Source of the DNA: Tubiluchus corallicola
Lineage: Eukaryota; Animalia; Priapulida
Length of the DNA stretch: 64,000 nt
Assembly: GCA_030141605.1 (NCBI GenBank)
Contig: JAQGDQ010000127.1
Location: 248,001-312,000, forward strand
Direction of reading: 5' to 3'
Part shown: positions 12,705-25,700 of the stretch, piece by piece
How positions within the stretch are numbered: the stretch's first letter is position 1
How the letters are laid out: each line of letters opens with the position of its first letter
The notes under the pieces: model-generated
Database searches by the model: none
Told to the model about the DNA's origin: nothing
Seen by the model: only the letters and a program-made list of their open reading frames with translations
Position numbers and translations under genes: made by a program

Positions 12705-14093
12705 TTAATTTGGACAAGGAGGTGCTGAAACAAATAATTGTGAAACATTTACTAGTGGAAACATAATAGCAGCTCCAATAGTTGATCCAGCTTGTGTAAC
12801 AACACCACACCAGAATAGAGCAGTCTTACTTTCTTCTCGCATTAAGCCAGCTACTGTTACTTTTACATATGACAAAAGACTAATAACTAGAATCCATGCC
12901 AGGACAACTAAAAACTCGCCAAATGCACTATCTTTCAGAAAAGGCTCTGGGCTCATTAAGGCAAGAACCATTATATATGCACTTCCAACACTAGCAATAA
13001 CAGTTAATATGACAAGCCATTTTACTGTTTTTGTAGGAATCCATAAAGGCAAGAAACAAGCAATCGGATTAGCAATATTTGATAAACAAACAGAAAGATG
13101 AAAAGCCCGGTTGCCATATGGTAAACAAGAATATGACTGTACCGACACGAGAATTCCATGTGCTAATGCACATACATAAGCTTGAATGACAAAAATTAAT
13201 GCATAAGCAGGCTTAGAAAGTTTTGGCGGATGTTCCACATGATGTTCTAAATCACCACATTCTTCTTTAACAGTTTTCACTAAAGCTTCACGTACATAGC
13301 GATCTGAGTCACTACTACTACTGCTAGCTTGGTGACTTGCAGGGGGTTCTTGATGTAAATGTTCTATCACAACTTTCTTTACATGATATTGCTTTACTAA
13401 AGGTAAACAATTCATAAAGGTAAATGATACACAGCTTACACACAAAAGTAATCCCATTATAAAATAAAATATCTTAACGCTGAATAATGGTGGAGGATAA
13501 TGCGGCTCAATTACATGACTAGTAGTGTTAACTGAAGTATTAATCATAATAGCCACAGTGGCATTAATACAATCCGGTGCACCACCTGTTGACTGTATCA
13601 GTGCAATAACACTCGGCATTAGGCCACTGATACCCATGCCAACAAATAATGCTGTCATATATTCTGGACGAAATTTTGCCATATATGGGAGAAACTCAAC
13701 ATTAGATGTTGCATTACACATAGCAATGAAGAAAGCAAGAATCAGAAGTGCCGTACTATATAGATTTCCTGCTACGGTTGTAGTTCTATCCCAAAATGCC
13801 GCTAACAGAAAAACAGCCGCTATTTGCACACCAAAAATTGCATAAATCATTGGTGTTTCTTTCACTTTTCCAGGTACAGTTGTATTCAGAATAGTTACAG
13901 TAATCGGCGCAATATTCGCTATCTGAATGACAACAGCAAGAAAGGAAGGTAAATTCCATCCTTCTGGTAAAACCTGTACCGTGAGAGGCAATTCTAGCCA
14001 GAGAGCATTAACTCCAATCCAGGATCCCATTCCGAACAAGGCTACAAGAGCAAAAACAATCACAGAAATCTTCTTTGCTGTCGCCTTTGCCAT
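12705..14093 (-). CDS. SLC52A: SLC52-family riboflavin transporter (RFVT/GPR172-like), single coding exon, about 462 aa
   Basis: Uninterrupted ORF with LFGMGSWIGVNALWLELP..LPEGWNLPSFL, TSNVEFLPYM, GMGISGLMPS, SVQSYSCLPYG, ANPIAC and FWCG..TQAGS..GA..MFPLVN motifs and many hydrophobic helices. ATG at 14093; the ORF track starts at an upstream TTG. Confidence 0.95.
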   Translation of the reverse strand: MAKATAKKISVIVFALVALFGMGSWIGVNALWLELPLTVQVLPEGWNLPSFLAVVIQIANIAPITVTILNTTVPGKVKETPMIYAIFGVQIAAVFLLAAFWDRTTTVAGNLYSTALLILAFFIAMCNATSNVEFLPYMAKFRPEYMTALFVGMGISGLMPSVIALIQSTGGAPDCINATVAIMINTSVNTTSHVIEPHYPPPLFSVKIFYFIMGLLLCVSCVSFTFMNCLPLVKQYHVKKVVIEHLHQEPPASHQASSSSSDSDRYVREALVKTVKEECGDLEHHVEHPPKLSKPAYALIFVIQAYVCALAHGILVSVQSYSCLPYGNRAFHLSVCLSNIANPIACFLPLWIPTKTVKWLVILTVIASVGSAYIMVLALMSPEPFLKDSAFGEFLVVLAWILVISLLSYVKVTVAGLMREESKTALFWCGVVTQAGSTIGAAIMFPLVNVSQLFVSAPPCPN

Positions 14094-15309
14094 AATCAGT
14101 AGTTTCGTTTCTGCAATTAAGCATTGCACAAAATCAATCAAAAATGTAAATCTTATCCCAAATGTAAAAAAGGCAGGCAGATTAATTTTACAACTGACTA
14201 ATTAATTTTGATATAGGTCAGACAAATTCATAATAACTCTCCAAAACAATAATCAGCAAATTACAAATTCAATACAAGTCTGACAAACTACCGAAGAGAC
14301 ATTAATAAACTTTGTTTATTCTGGTTTGTTCCTATTTCAGATGTATAATAATTTTCTGTGACCTCTAAATGCCTATGGCTTTATGTCTAGATTAAAATTT
14401 TGTGGCCAAAAAGTTTTTCTTCGTTTTTGATCATTCATGAAAACTGTGTTTAAGCCGTCAGAGTTATTTAACATATCCAGTTGTGCATTTTGGATTATGG
14501 AATGTCAGCTGTTCATTCACGAGATTAAAAGTAGCAAACAAAAATCATGTTATAAAATATTGTAGTTTATAAATGCTCATGTAATATAATTTTCAATACT
14601 GTTTTCCATCATCTGGCACATGCAGGTGACATATTAATATAAATCAACATATTTGAAAATTGCAAAACTTGCAAACATGTGCAAAAGGAATAAACCAACA
14701 ATTAAATTTTAAAAATAAAATAAAATAAACCTAAGTAAAGAGAAATGATGAAATAAACCCACAGCTGGGTAAAACCAAACTTGGGTAAAAGATAGGAAAA
14801 CTCATGACGCAACTTAGATTTGAACCAGGGACTTCTTGTTTACAAAGCAAGTACCATGTTCACTGTACTACCATGCAATAACTGTATTATTTCGATCAGC
14901 GCAACTAATTCAGCATTTCCTAGGTTACTACACTCAAATTAGAATACTAACTAATTGAATTATTTTCTGAAATTAATTTAGATCAAGGAAATAACCCAAG
15001 GGTAATTAACTAATTATTCATAACATAAAGATTGAACAAACCCACAACTGTTGAATTTTGAAACCAAACTTGACGAAAAAAGGAAATTTAAAAAAGTCTT
15101 CATTCTCGCTTACAAGACAAGCATCATGACCACTAGACTACTATGTCGCAATGTAGCATTTAATTCAAACATTACACTTATTTATGTGAAAACTTTTCCA
15201 CTTTAGACGATAGTCGTGGAACTCAATTTACATATAGCTGGCAGTCAATTCAGCATTTAGTTCAAACATGTGATATGCAACTTCACTTCATAATTACTTA
15301 ATCAGCCAT

Positions 15310-16220
15310 GCTAACCAGCGCACGAATTACCAGTTTGATTGCCAAATAAAGGGTAGAATAGTCTTGTAGAGTTTATTACTACATAAAATAACCAATTTAC
15401 TATTTGGTTTAAGGTCCACACAATTTTGCACATTCTATTTGTTCCTGAAAAGTTATGAGAAATATTAATTTCTTTTGATTCAATCTGCTTTAAAAAACTC
15501 CTTGGTTTCAAATCTTCTGTATTACATGATTATGATGCTCAGTTGGTATATATTGATTGTGTGAGAATTCTCATAGGTTAGTTGTGCCTGATAAAGGATT
15601 GGTCAGATAAATCGGGAAAAAGTGTTTTTTTTTCGTGAGTTGGGGAGTTGGCTAGATTGATATGTCATGGCATTTAAGATGTAATCTTCTTGTTGAACCA
15701 TCTATTAAGTTCATTTTTTCTTAATTATTTGGCAGCAAGAGTCTGCATGACAGTGGGCACCTGGTTTGAACATGTCCACATTACCACATCATTGCTTGAA
15801 CCAATGTTAGTTGGATACGAAGTAGTGTAAGGCTGATCTTGCCTGCAACTAATGTAGACGGTTCTTTCAGGCAGTGATTACGTTTCAGGCAGATTGGCCA
15901 TTAACCTGCTGGCTACGATTGTTGCTAGAGCCTGGAGGACAGAGTCAGTGTTTCAGCGAGTTGCAGTTCTTTGGCAAACATGAATCTGGATGTCAACAGG
16001 GATTAGTTTTGGTATCAACATTTACTATGGATGTGTTTGTGGTTAGGATAGTCATCTTCGTTGAACGAGTCAGAATACGTAGATGGCGTGGCAGAAGTAC
16101 TGGAGTGCAGTGAAGGGTTGTAACTATTGTTGTGAATGTCTATTAACATTTCACGCTCGTATTGTATTATAACATTGGTAGGCTGTAGGTTTTGCAAAAC
16201 CATTACACAATGAAGCGACA
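15310..16220 (-). mobile_element. Possible decayed L2-like LINE ORF2 5'/endonuclease remnant
   Basis: IQYEREMLIDI resembles the Y.R..L..L start of L2-type ORF2, followed by more GC-rich, broken coding-like sequence. Weak. Confidence 0.25.
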
Positions 16221-17994
16221 CAGCTGTATGTACTCACGGTATTTTTCAAAGTGAAACCACAATTTAGACAGGGCGTTTAATAGCATGGCTTAATCGAAAT
16301 TTGTCTAATCACAATTAGCAACAGCATTCTTTTTTATCTCAAGCCTATCCATGTGAAAGAATGCCCCCGTTTCTTTGCAGGATTTTCGCTGCCCAGCTAC
16401 ACATGAATTTCTACTTAGCTGCCCTAATGCCAAATATTCTGTGATTCACACAAGGCTACTGAATTTATGAAGCCACTTTCACTTAGTTTATGATTCCAAG
16501 TTAATTAGCAATATAAGCAAGAACCTGACAATTGTGACAAAAGTCAATTGAATTTTAATACCAAATTTTAGATCAGTTATGAATCATGATAAAATGACTT
16601 TAATTAATTGCGTTAATAACAGTTATTGGTTCTAATTTCACTGTTTCCTTCAGTGTGTGTAGACCTATTTCAATAGAAAAGTGAACTTAGTTTAGAGACC
16701 GCTTATCTGTCTCAAATGTAAAGAAACTATTACTATCATCATTATATTATTATTATTTTGCCGTACTTGCCAAGTGCTGCAAAAATGTCATTCATTTGAA
16801 TGAACGAGCGGCACCAGGATTATATGTTGGCCAACACTTGTTTATCTCTGCTTATTTCTAGTTTTCTATAACAAAATAATACAGTACCAATAATGTTTAA
16901 TCTGTATCTGGAATTGTTTTTTGGTAAATTAATGGCTTTCAAGCAGATAAAAACTTGGTTGTACAACATTTTCTCAAGTATTTTAGGTAAGCTCTTGACA
17001 AAAGAAACGGATTGAGGCATACAATTTGTTGGTTCATCCGTAGGGCTGCTGAATTTCAAATAGCTACAATTTATTTTCTACATTGGGTACAAAAGTTATA
17101 GGTAAAATGCTATGCCTAAAAATTGACTTATTATATGTACACTTTTCATATTTGAAGAAGAGTGTGAGGGAAGAATTTAAATCTCATTTGAGGCCTCCAA
17201 AATACCCTTAAATACAGAAAAATGCGTTGGTGGCCTCCAACCCCCCTAGCTGGTTGCATGCATTGTTCCACAACCCACTGCACGTCACTGCTAAAATAAA
17301 TAGTAATAGCATTGTCTCAATTCTGTTCATGTATCAAATAGTGATAGTGCTATCCCAGTATCACTTTCATGCATTGAAGGACTCGACTGGTTGACCGTGG
17401 GCACTACGCTAGCCTATGGTCTTTTGCCATCCCAATTTCCCTAAGAGTATGACACTTAAATTTATACATAAAATAAATATTACTTTTTACCTTACATATT
17501 GCTTTATTAAGTAAGATCCACAAAAATTAAAAAAAAACTCGGTTGTGCCTACTTCTTCTCAGGACCACTTACAATGAATTTTCTAATTTTATTTCCAAGG
17601 TTCCGCCATCATCCATCTACATATATGTAAATGTGGCTTTGTTTAACCCGTTTCGCCATAACTTTTTTACGATGCTTACTCGATCACGTCTACTGTACAC
17701 ACCACTTCCAACTTCCACCATTGAGTATAACAAATTCCATGGGAAATCTTCGCATTAGTCGCAGGGCGATTCAGGCAATTCACATTGGCTATACTAATAT
17801 TTCTCTCAGGCTCATGTATATCCGCATCATACAAGAGCAAGCAAAAAAGAAAACTGCTTCCTGTTACGCAGTTGTACTTACACCTCTAGATTGACCCTAT
17901 AATTTCTCGAAATTTTATCCCTTGTCTGATCTAAACATTGACTCTTACTAATGTGCTCGTGTTTATTGAACATAGATCTTTATTGCATGAATTC

Positions 17995-19033
17995 TAGGGG
18001 TGGGCATCGAACGTTCGAGTTTGCGATCTTCATGATCTTTGTAAGACCAGTTTTTAATTTTTTCTTCAACGTCTCATTCTATCTATTGTAGACATTGAGG
18101 CATTAACATCTATTGCAGTATTCCACCCACTTCTATCTGCAGTTAACAGCATAAGTTCTTCTACTCCTAAAGATAGATTTCGTTGAATTTGTTGAATACC
18201 TTTGTTTATCGTAGCTAATCCAATTGTTTTTGGTTTGCCAACTGGTTTTTTGCAAGGTTTTAAAGCTTCAATTACTGGTGCTTTGACCACTTGGCAAAAT
18301 TAGAAGATGCCCTAGCCATCTTAATCTTCTTGACTTTTGAATTCCAAGGAATTTCTTTCGTTCTACTGTATAAATCTTCATTTTTATTATATATGGCCAT
18401 CTTATCTTTAAAACTTTGCTTAGAAGATTTCTATGAGACTTGTCAATCAGCTTTTTTTGAGTAATTGTTAAACTTTATGTTTCACTGTTGTCCATAATAA
18501 TAATAATGCTGGTAATGTACGCAGTAAATTATCGAAGTCTTATGTTAAGACTTAGTTTCTTCCTAGTTAATATGTTCTTGCATTGAAGAAAAGCACGCAT
18601 TGCTTATTGCTTTCTACTTTTAATGCCGTCTTCGGTTTTTAGAAAAGTGCACATATATTTGCACTTTTTCCAAAACTGATTACCATCTCTAGCAATAATA
18701 TAATATTCTTCTGTATTTCACTGGCTTACTTGAACATTTCTTTTCTCTAGTTTTTTTTGGAAAACCCCTTTTTATTGTGTAGGTTTGAAAATTTGATACA
18801 CTAATCCATCCTATAATATCATCAGCATATTGTTTGATCAGCAAATCGAGTGGTTCATAGGATTCCTAAGCAAGATAGGAGTGGTCCAGAATATGCTGAG
18901 GAAGGTTATCACAGACAGTTTTTGCTGGTAGCTCGAAAACTTGTTTGAAAATTTTTCAATCTTAATTTAAATTTGAAAGACACAAATTCGATTCGATTCG
19001 GATTCGCTTTCTGGTAGAGAATGCTTACCCCTA
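17995..19033. mobile_element. hAT-like MITE (TAGGG termini) containing a nested LINE remnant
   Basis: Imperfect TIRs TAGGGGTGGGCAT (17995) and ATGCTTACCCCTA (19021-19033), subterminal TTCGA repeats, and flanks ATGAATTC/ATGACCAC that match at 5 of 8 positions. Confidence 0.55.
18066..18700 (-). mobile_element. RTE-like LINE 3' remnant
   Basis: The minus strand encodes RRLRWLGHLL (about 18300-18330), KKPVGKPKT (cf. RPRGRP.T.W) and LTADRSGW (cf. A.DR..W), hallmarks of RTE-clade ORF C-termini. It is frameshifted. Confidence 0.7.
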
Positions 19034-19624
19034 ATGACCACAATAATGCCACGCGAGGTTGCAATACAAAACTGGCTAAGAATAAAACACCTGTTTCGTA
19101 CTGACAACTCGGTTTGGCATAGCTGTCAAACTTGAAAAATTCATTACCGAGAGGCGAGAATTTAAATACGTTCATAATGATCACACGTTAATTGAGGTGA
19201 AAATAACGTGATGTTTATCTAGATCATGTCATTGCCTCGCAAACAGTCACTTCTTACTGATCTTTGTTGGAGCATTTTTGCTTGGAGCTTGCTCGCCACT
19301 GGTGGTGAAATGGATCGAGCTTATCCGCCGGTATCCACAGTTCCACGGTAGGCGGGTAGGGCGGTTTGATCATTACGAAAAGTAACTCGGTGGACTAATG
19401 GACTATATAATATGTACACAGAAAACTACAAAATACAACGAACCAAGAAATATATTAGCAATCTGTCAATAGGAAATTTCCTGAGGAAAACATAATAATT
19501 ATTGCGTTTGTTGGCGCGTCTGATAAGTTGCGACTTATAATCATTATTTTCTTTTGGTAGTTGGTACTTGGTAGTCTCAAAGAATCAACAGAAGTCATGC
19601 TCGTAACAAGAGACCTAAATTGAC

Positions 19625-19640
19625 TGCGCAGTACTGCGCA
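19625..19640. promoter_or_regulatory. Perfect 16-bp palindrome TGCGCAGTACTGCGCA (NRF1-like half sites) upstream of PPP1R2
   Basis: Self-complementary, about 150 bp upstream of the PPP1R2 ATG in a locally CpG-enriched stretch. Confidence 0.45.
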
Positions 19641-19786
19641 ATAAAGCGAGCCAAAGCGTTGATGCCGACAGTTTCATATTCGTGTTATTGTACTAACAAG
19701 TCTTTACAAAATTGTTTAGGTAGTTGTTTCACTGTGACTTTTTGTCGAAAGTAACATCATCGCTGTTAGATGTCTTTGCTTTTGCG

Positions 19787-22700
19787 ATGGCTGAAGAGTT
19801 GCCAAGAAAACAACCGAAAAAAGGAATTTTGAAAACGTCGTCCAGTTTTGACCATAACGATTCCTTTAAAAGGTAAGTTGCTCACATATTTCTGCGTGTT
19901 CTTGTATATTCAAATGCTGCACGGTCTGCACCTAAAGCCTGATAATAAAGAGACCACTGAGCATATCACACTTCACTTTCCATATACCAGTTATACGACT
20001 ACAGTTACACTTAACAATGATCGGATTATTACCTGTGTACAAGGCTGGCAGTAGGCGTACGTTACGTTATGAAAAAACATTCTTAAAAGTAGGGTACTGA
20101 ATTACGATACGGTATTTTACCAATAGTGCGGTAAGGCACGGAATTACGTATTTACTATACCGTTTCCGTACCATTTTAACTGAACTTCTTGTAACGTTTT
20201 CAATCATTGTTTTGCTCATGGGTGGATTGATGTTTTCCCCTAATTAACACAGGGCATATGCAAACAAAACGGCTAACGATTGGGTGCAAAAGGGACAAGT
20301 TATTTAGAAACGCCATTTGTCATTTTTCCTAAATTACGTTTATTGTTATTTACAAACTGGGCAGATTATTTGCTTCCCACAGTTGACATTTATCATGACA
20401 TAAGTTTATTTAATTATTATTATCATTGTATTGTTGCAAAATAAACTCATTCTCTGCTGTCTTGTTCTATTTCTGTCTATTGTACAAGAATGTACTGCGC
20501 ATCTCAAACTATGCAGATTATTTTGAAACTAGAACATTTCAAAGTATAGTTTAGTGATGAGGAACATTTAGAACATTGCTGATTTATACAAAACAGTAAC
20601 GATTTAATAATTGCAAGTCAATTACGTTAAATTTTTGCTTTGTAAACAAAAGAAATTGAGTAGTACTGGCCTAACACATTATTGCTGCTTGGCCACAGCA
20701 TTTGATAACTATTACAGAAGCAGTTATTGGTTTTGTATATGTACAAATATGTTACTGGGCAGGAAAAGTTAGACTGCTACTTGATGTTTAAGTGTGTGCT
20801 ACATTTTTCTATAAGAACTACATGTAACTTATAGTATTAATTAGTGTTGTATTGCGATTAGTATATAGGTATAAAAGTTTTTAGATAAGACACTATATTT
20901 AATTGACATTAAACTTGTCGCCTGTATTTTTAAAGGTACAAAGTATGGTATTTTTTTATACCGTACAGTACCCTCAGCCTTGCCTGTGTAGGCGTAGTCT
21001 AATTATATATTTATTAAGGCATATAACACTTAAAGTAAGATGTGTTTATATAAGTTAATTCAACTCCGTTCAATTATAATTCAATTTATAACTTATCTTT
21101 TAAACAGTATATGACTTCATACATTCATTAAAAATAGAAAACAGAAACGTTTTCAAGAAATTATAACTGTGCATCACAAACTTAAAGGCAAACCAGACCC
21201 TGTCTTAAACTATATAGGTCATAACAATAATCTCTTAACTAATTAATATGTCTCTAATTTAAGTCGGTGAATGACTGACTGTTTGAATGATTAAATTAAC
21301 TGCTTTTCTGGCACTTAATAGAGGCACTCGTGTGGGTATCAGTTTTGTGCTGCATCGTTTAGATAGAATCACAAAAAATCTAGAAACCCTGCAATACAAG
21401 ATAGTCAAATTTACAAACACTTTTTAATAAAGCTTAATACATAAAAGTTTGCCATTCTTATAACTACTAATTATATCAGTATGTGAATGGAAGATATCAC
21501 TAATGAAAAATATAAAAATGAAAGAACATCATAGGAGAGAAAACAGCAAAGTCAAATTGAAAGACATAGCCTCAGAATTCTGGCAAAGTTTTTATTTCAG
21601 CAAAATGGGGCATGAAATTGATCAGAAAATGAAATGTAAATTCTGCAAATGCCTTTATTTGAATATATCATAATTTTATTTAAGTTATAATGATGAGTTA
21701 CAATAAAAAAGTTCACATTTAATTGTCTCACAATACCTGTGCCAACCGCTGTAAGCTAACCAAATGTTTGCATAAAGTAGTGCTACTGTGAAGTAAGATG
21801 TAGTTCCTACAAAAATACTTCACCATGGTTTTCTCACACTTTTTATTCTTGGCCTTCTATGACTTATCAAAAAATCCTTGTTTACATGTTGTTGTGCTTT
21901 TCATTAAGCTGCATTTCCTCTGTAAGTTGTTTCTAGCATTCTCCATTTCACGTGTATTCATTCAAGTCACTTAACATTTCATAAATGGTACAATAAACAG
22001 GACATAGAAACTAATTACCAACTTCTACAAACATCCCTTCTATTCTTCATAATTACCCAACTTCACTTTGACTTTTTTGTCATTTAAGATCATGTGGTCT
22101 AGTGATTTAGCAAGAACAAAATTGCGTTATAATTATATGATCTAATGTTTGGTTGTGGACTTGTGGTTGTAGATGCACTGTAGTCGTTTGTTTAATTTTC
22201 AGCATGATCATTTTTGTTCTTACAATTCTGAAAAGACACCAAATGATATAAATGGTTGTCACCTCATCTCTTGTGTTAATCAATATTTTTAATTTATTTG
22301 GTAGGCAGGCACAACATCAAAATGCCATAATGAGGAACTCATCTAATAAAGTTGGCGAGGCTTCCTTTGTAATCCTTGTCCTACCCTTAGCTATTTTGGA
22401 TGCATTTTTATAATATTGTATAATATGCAATGTGGATTACATATGGGGCAATGTAGATTAGAAACCAAGAGCTCTGAGCATTTCTCAGGCATTGGAATTA
22501 AATATTTTGTCTAGCTTTTTTTGCCAATGGCATGTCTAAATGATAAGATAAACTGTAGCTTGAATAGCTGCAATTTAAATCAATTGTCTTATGTACATCC
22601 ATTAAACATTATAAATTCTCAAATTTGTTTTTTTGCAAAATTCTGCTCACTGCTTTCTTTGCTTTTTCGGTATCTATTTCATTTCATCACACGTTGATTT

Positions 22701-25700
22701 TCGGTTTATTGATGATGTACTTAAATTTCAATTTCAAGTTATATGTAATAACTAACTGAACTGTTCTTGTTTTCAGTAGTTTTGTAACTGCACGCATACA
22801 AACAAACAAACAAAGAACTGTTGATTTCACGCATATTTTCTACTATAATTAGCATCTTCCCACTTTTTTTAAACTGCGTGGTGTAATTATATCCATGTAA
22901 AAATCAGCATGTAGCATAAAAATTTATAATGGAATAGCTAGAATTATATTATTTAGCACCAGTAATTGAATTAGTTTATTTAATCATTAATTATTTTAGT
23001 GGAGTAAAGAATACTCTGCTTTTGATCTTTGAGTGAAACTGATTGAAAATTATTAAAGTTGCTTGGCAATTGTCCTACTTTAATAAAACTCTTTGATGTT
23101 GAATGAAACCAAGACTGTGCCACACTTACATGTCACTTATGTGTTATTTGTTATTTCTTGAACCATGCTAGGAATATTATTGATCTCTGCAGCATTTAAT
23201 GGTAGTGTGGCATCAGTTAGGTATAACTGTGATCCATCAGCAACACAGTGTATTCACTTCAACTTCTATGCCTCTGTACTACCCTTGATACATGTAAATA
23301 TCTGATAGTTTTGAAATTGGGATAAATTCAATATCTCTAATTGATAACCAATAAGTTGATTAATAAATAAATTGATAAACTGATTACCAATAAATACCTG
23401 AATTTCTGCCATTTCAGCAAGACCAAGTGGGTTATATATTATGTTTATGTAACATTGTTTTCTATCTGCCCTGCCACTCAGTACTAGAACATTTTATGTA
23501 TTGACAGTATTGTGTTCTTTCTTGGGTGGATTCTGTGTTTAATTAGTGAACGTTTAATCGTTTCAAAATGCAAAAAAACATTTTTTCTGCTTTTTTGTTT
23601 TACTTCCTGTCTGAAGATAATTGCTAGTAATGGGGTGAAGTGTCTTGTATCTCTATTTGGGGATCTTTTTATTATTTTAATTATCATCCAAAGATTAATT
23701 TGTTAATTTAGTTAGCTTAGCTCGCAGCTACCAGGATGGATAGTTGTCTGCTGTTGTGCTGCAAATTAATTTATCTGGTGGCACAACAATAAGGTACAAC
23801 AATATTCTAATTCTTGTCAGCTGAAAAGGAAAGGTTATCGATTCTGTCAATTTCATAGACCTTGTTAGCGTAGGCATGTTCACGTGCTATGCGTAGTATG
23901 TTGAGAATTTCTGCTTCTGAACGAAGCACACACCTTTCAAAATGAAGCTGACTCCGATCGATAATGACCGTAAAGCAGCTGAATATATACCTATATATAT
24001 AATATATAACCTTATTTCTATGATTACTGTTTATTGACTTCCATAGTTTTCTGTTTGGGCACCGCTGAACTGACCCTATATATAATATATAACCTTATTT
24101 CTATGATTACTGTTTATTGACTTCCATAGTTTTCTGTTTGGGCACCGCTGAACTGAAACAAATTGGAAACAATCGAAAAATTTGTTTGAAATTTTAAAAT
24201 GTGGTCTGCCAGACTAAGCCCATACTTGAAAAACTCAAATATTTGCGTTTGAGCTCGTCTCTAACATATTGTCTTGCCCCAGTCCACTCCAAAACGAAAT
24301 TAAAACAAAGCGAAGCTGTTCTAAGTACCTCAAGTGTCCACGTATATATGTAGCCATTCAATTCAAAATTCAGTTCAACGCCATGCGATAATTGCATAAA
24401 AAATGGTCACTTTACCTTTTAATGTAAACTAAATTAATGAAGATTTGAAATCGTTCTGAAAATTCCGTCAAAACTGCAGTGTTTCGGCTGGTTGTCAGTA
24501 CATCAAGAATCGATCATCCAGCTACTGTGGATTCTTCTCGCAGGGTAAACGTCGTGAGGGCTTTGAGCTTTACTTTACTTGCCGACAAAGCTTTCTGTCC
24601 CATTAAAGTGACAAACTTTTAACATGAATTGATTGCTACTTCTTAGATTTTAATTAGGAAATGTGCAAGTTGAGTAAGACAGTTCTAATGCATTTTTACG
24701 AACGTCGCGAGACGCGCCATCTGCGTGTGATTAACTTAAAGGTGTTTACTTATTGATGTTGGTGGGGAGTTGTATTTAATTGAACTGTTATAAGTACTCT
24801 GATGTTTTGGAATGAGGATGGAGCTCTAAAGTGGTGAAAACCGTTCAAGTATTCTTTGTAGATTGTGATTTTCAAGCTTCCACGACAGCGATCATTTGAA
24901 AATCACAAACACCAAACCGCGGGCCAATTCGTGTTTAGATGACATTCGCGTGAAATTTCCAAGTTCGAACGAGACAAGTTCAACTCGTGTAGTCTCTGAT
25001 ATATTGTTATCATAACTTTTAAGTTAAAAGCAAAAATTTGAAATCGAGTTAAGCAAAGTTCTCGTTCTTGAACCCACTGGCTTCTGCGCATACAAAAGAC
25101 TCTTGGTTTTAACCCCAAAAGCTGGCTAGAACGGGGAGCCGACTGACGCTGATTCAGTGAGAAAAGGGGGTTAAAAGATGTTAGAGTTATGTTACTGTAA
25201 ACGTATGATAATCATGCTCACATTTATATCAATACTGACCCATCAACACTGTAGGGTTTGGTTGAAAAGTTTTTAGTATTTTTTCTATACATTTCGACAT
25301 GTCGTAGATGAAAGGGCAATACTGAATGGCTTGGCCGACTCAATGTTGATGGTTACAGCGAGACTGAAACCTGGCTCGTTTTCAAGGCTATACCTTTAAG
25401 ATAAGCCACTAAGCCGCAAATGTACGGTAGCCATGTTCGGAAGTAGATACATTCTCTGTTTAGACATCCAGAATCACTATGGTGACTCGGTGAGTGAAAC
25501 CACCCAGAGTATTGAAGACAGTCATTCATCCATTAACTGACCATCCTTGACGTCGCTTACTTCGCGTGACCCGCTCGGCTGTTCATCCGCCACCCGGCGC
25601 AAGCCCTGGCATAAAATAAGGAAAAATCCATTAATTTGTGACTGCAATCTGCAGGCGCTCATCGTAGAACAAGTTACAGCAGCTAACGTCCTCGCCTCAA

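Noticed and set aside
13525-14205. Plus-strand ORFs of 106 and 92 aa
   Set aside because: They are antisense shadows of the SLC52 CDS, with non-ATG or weak starts and no recognisable motifs.
16900-17000. KSLPKILEKMLYNQV RT-like peptide
   Set aside because: It is plausibly a LINE scrap but too short to annotate with confidence.
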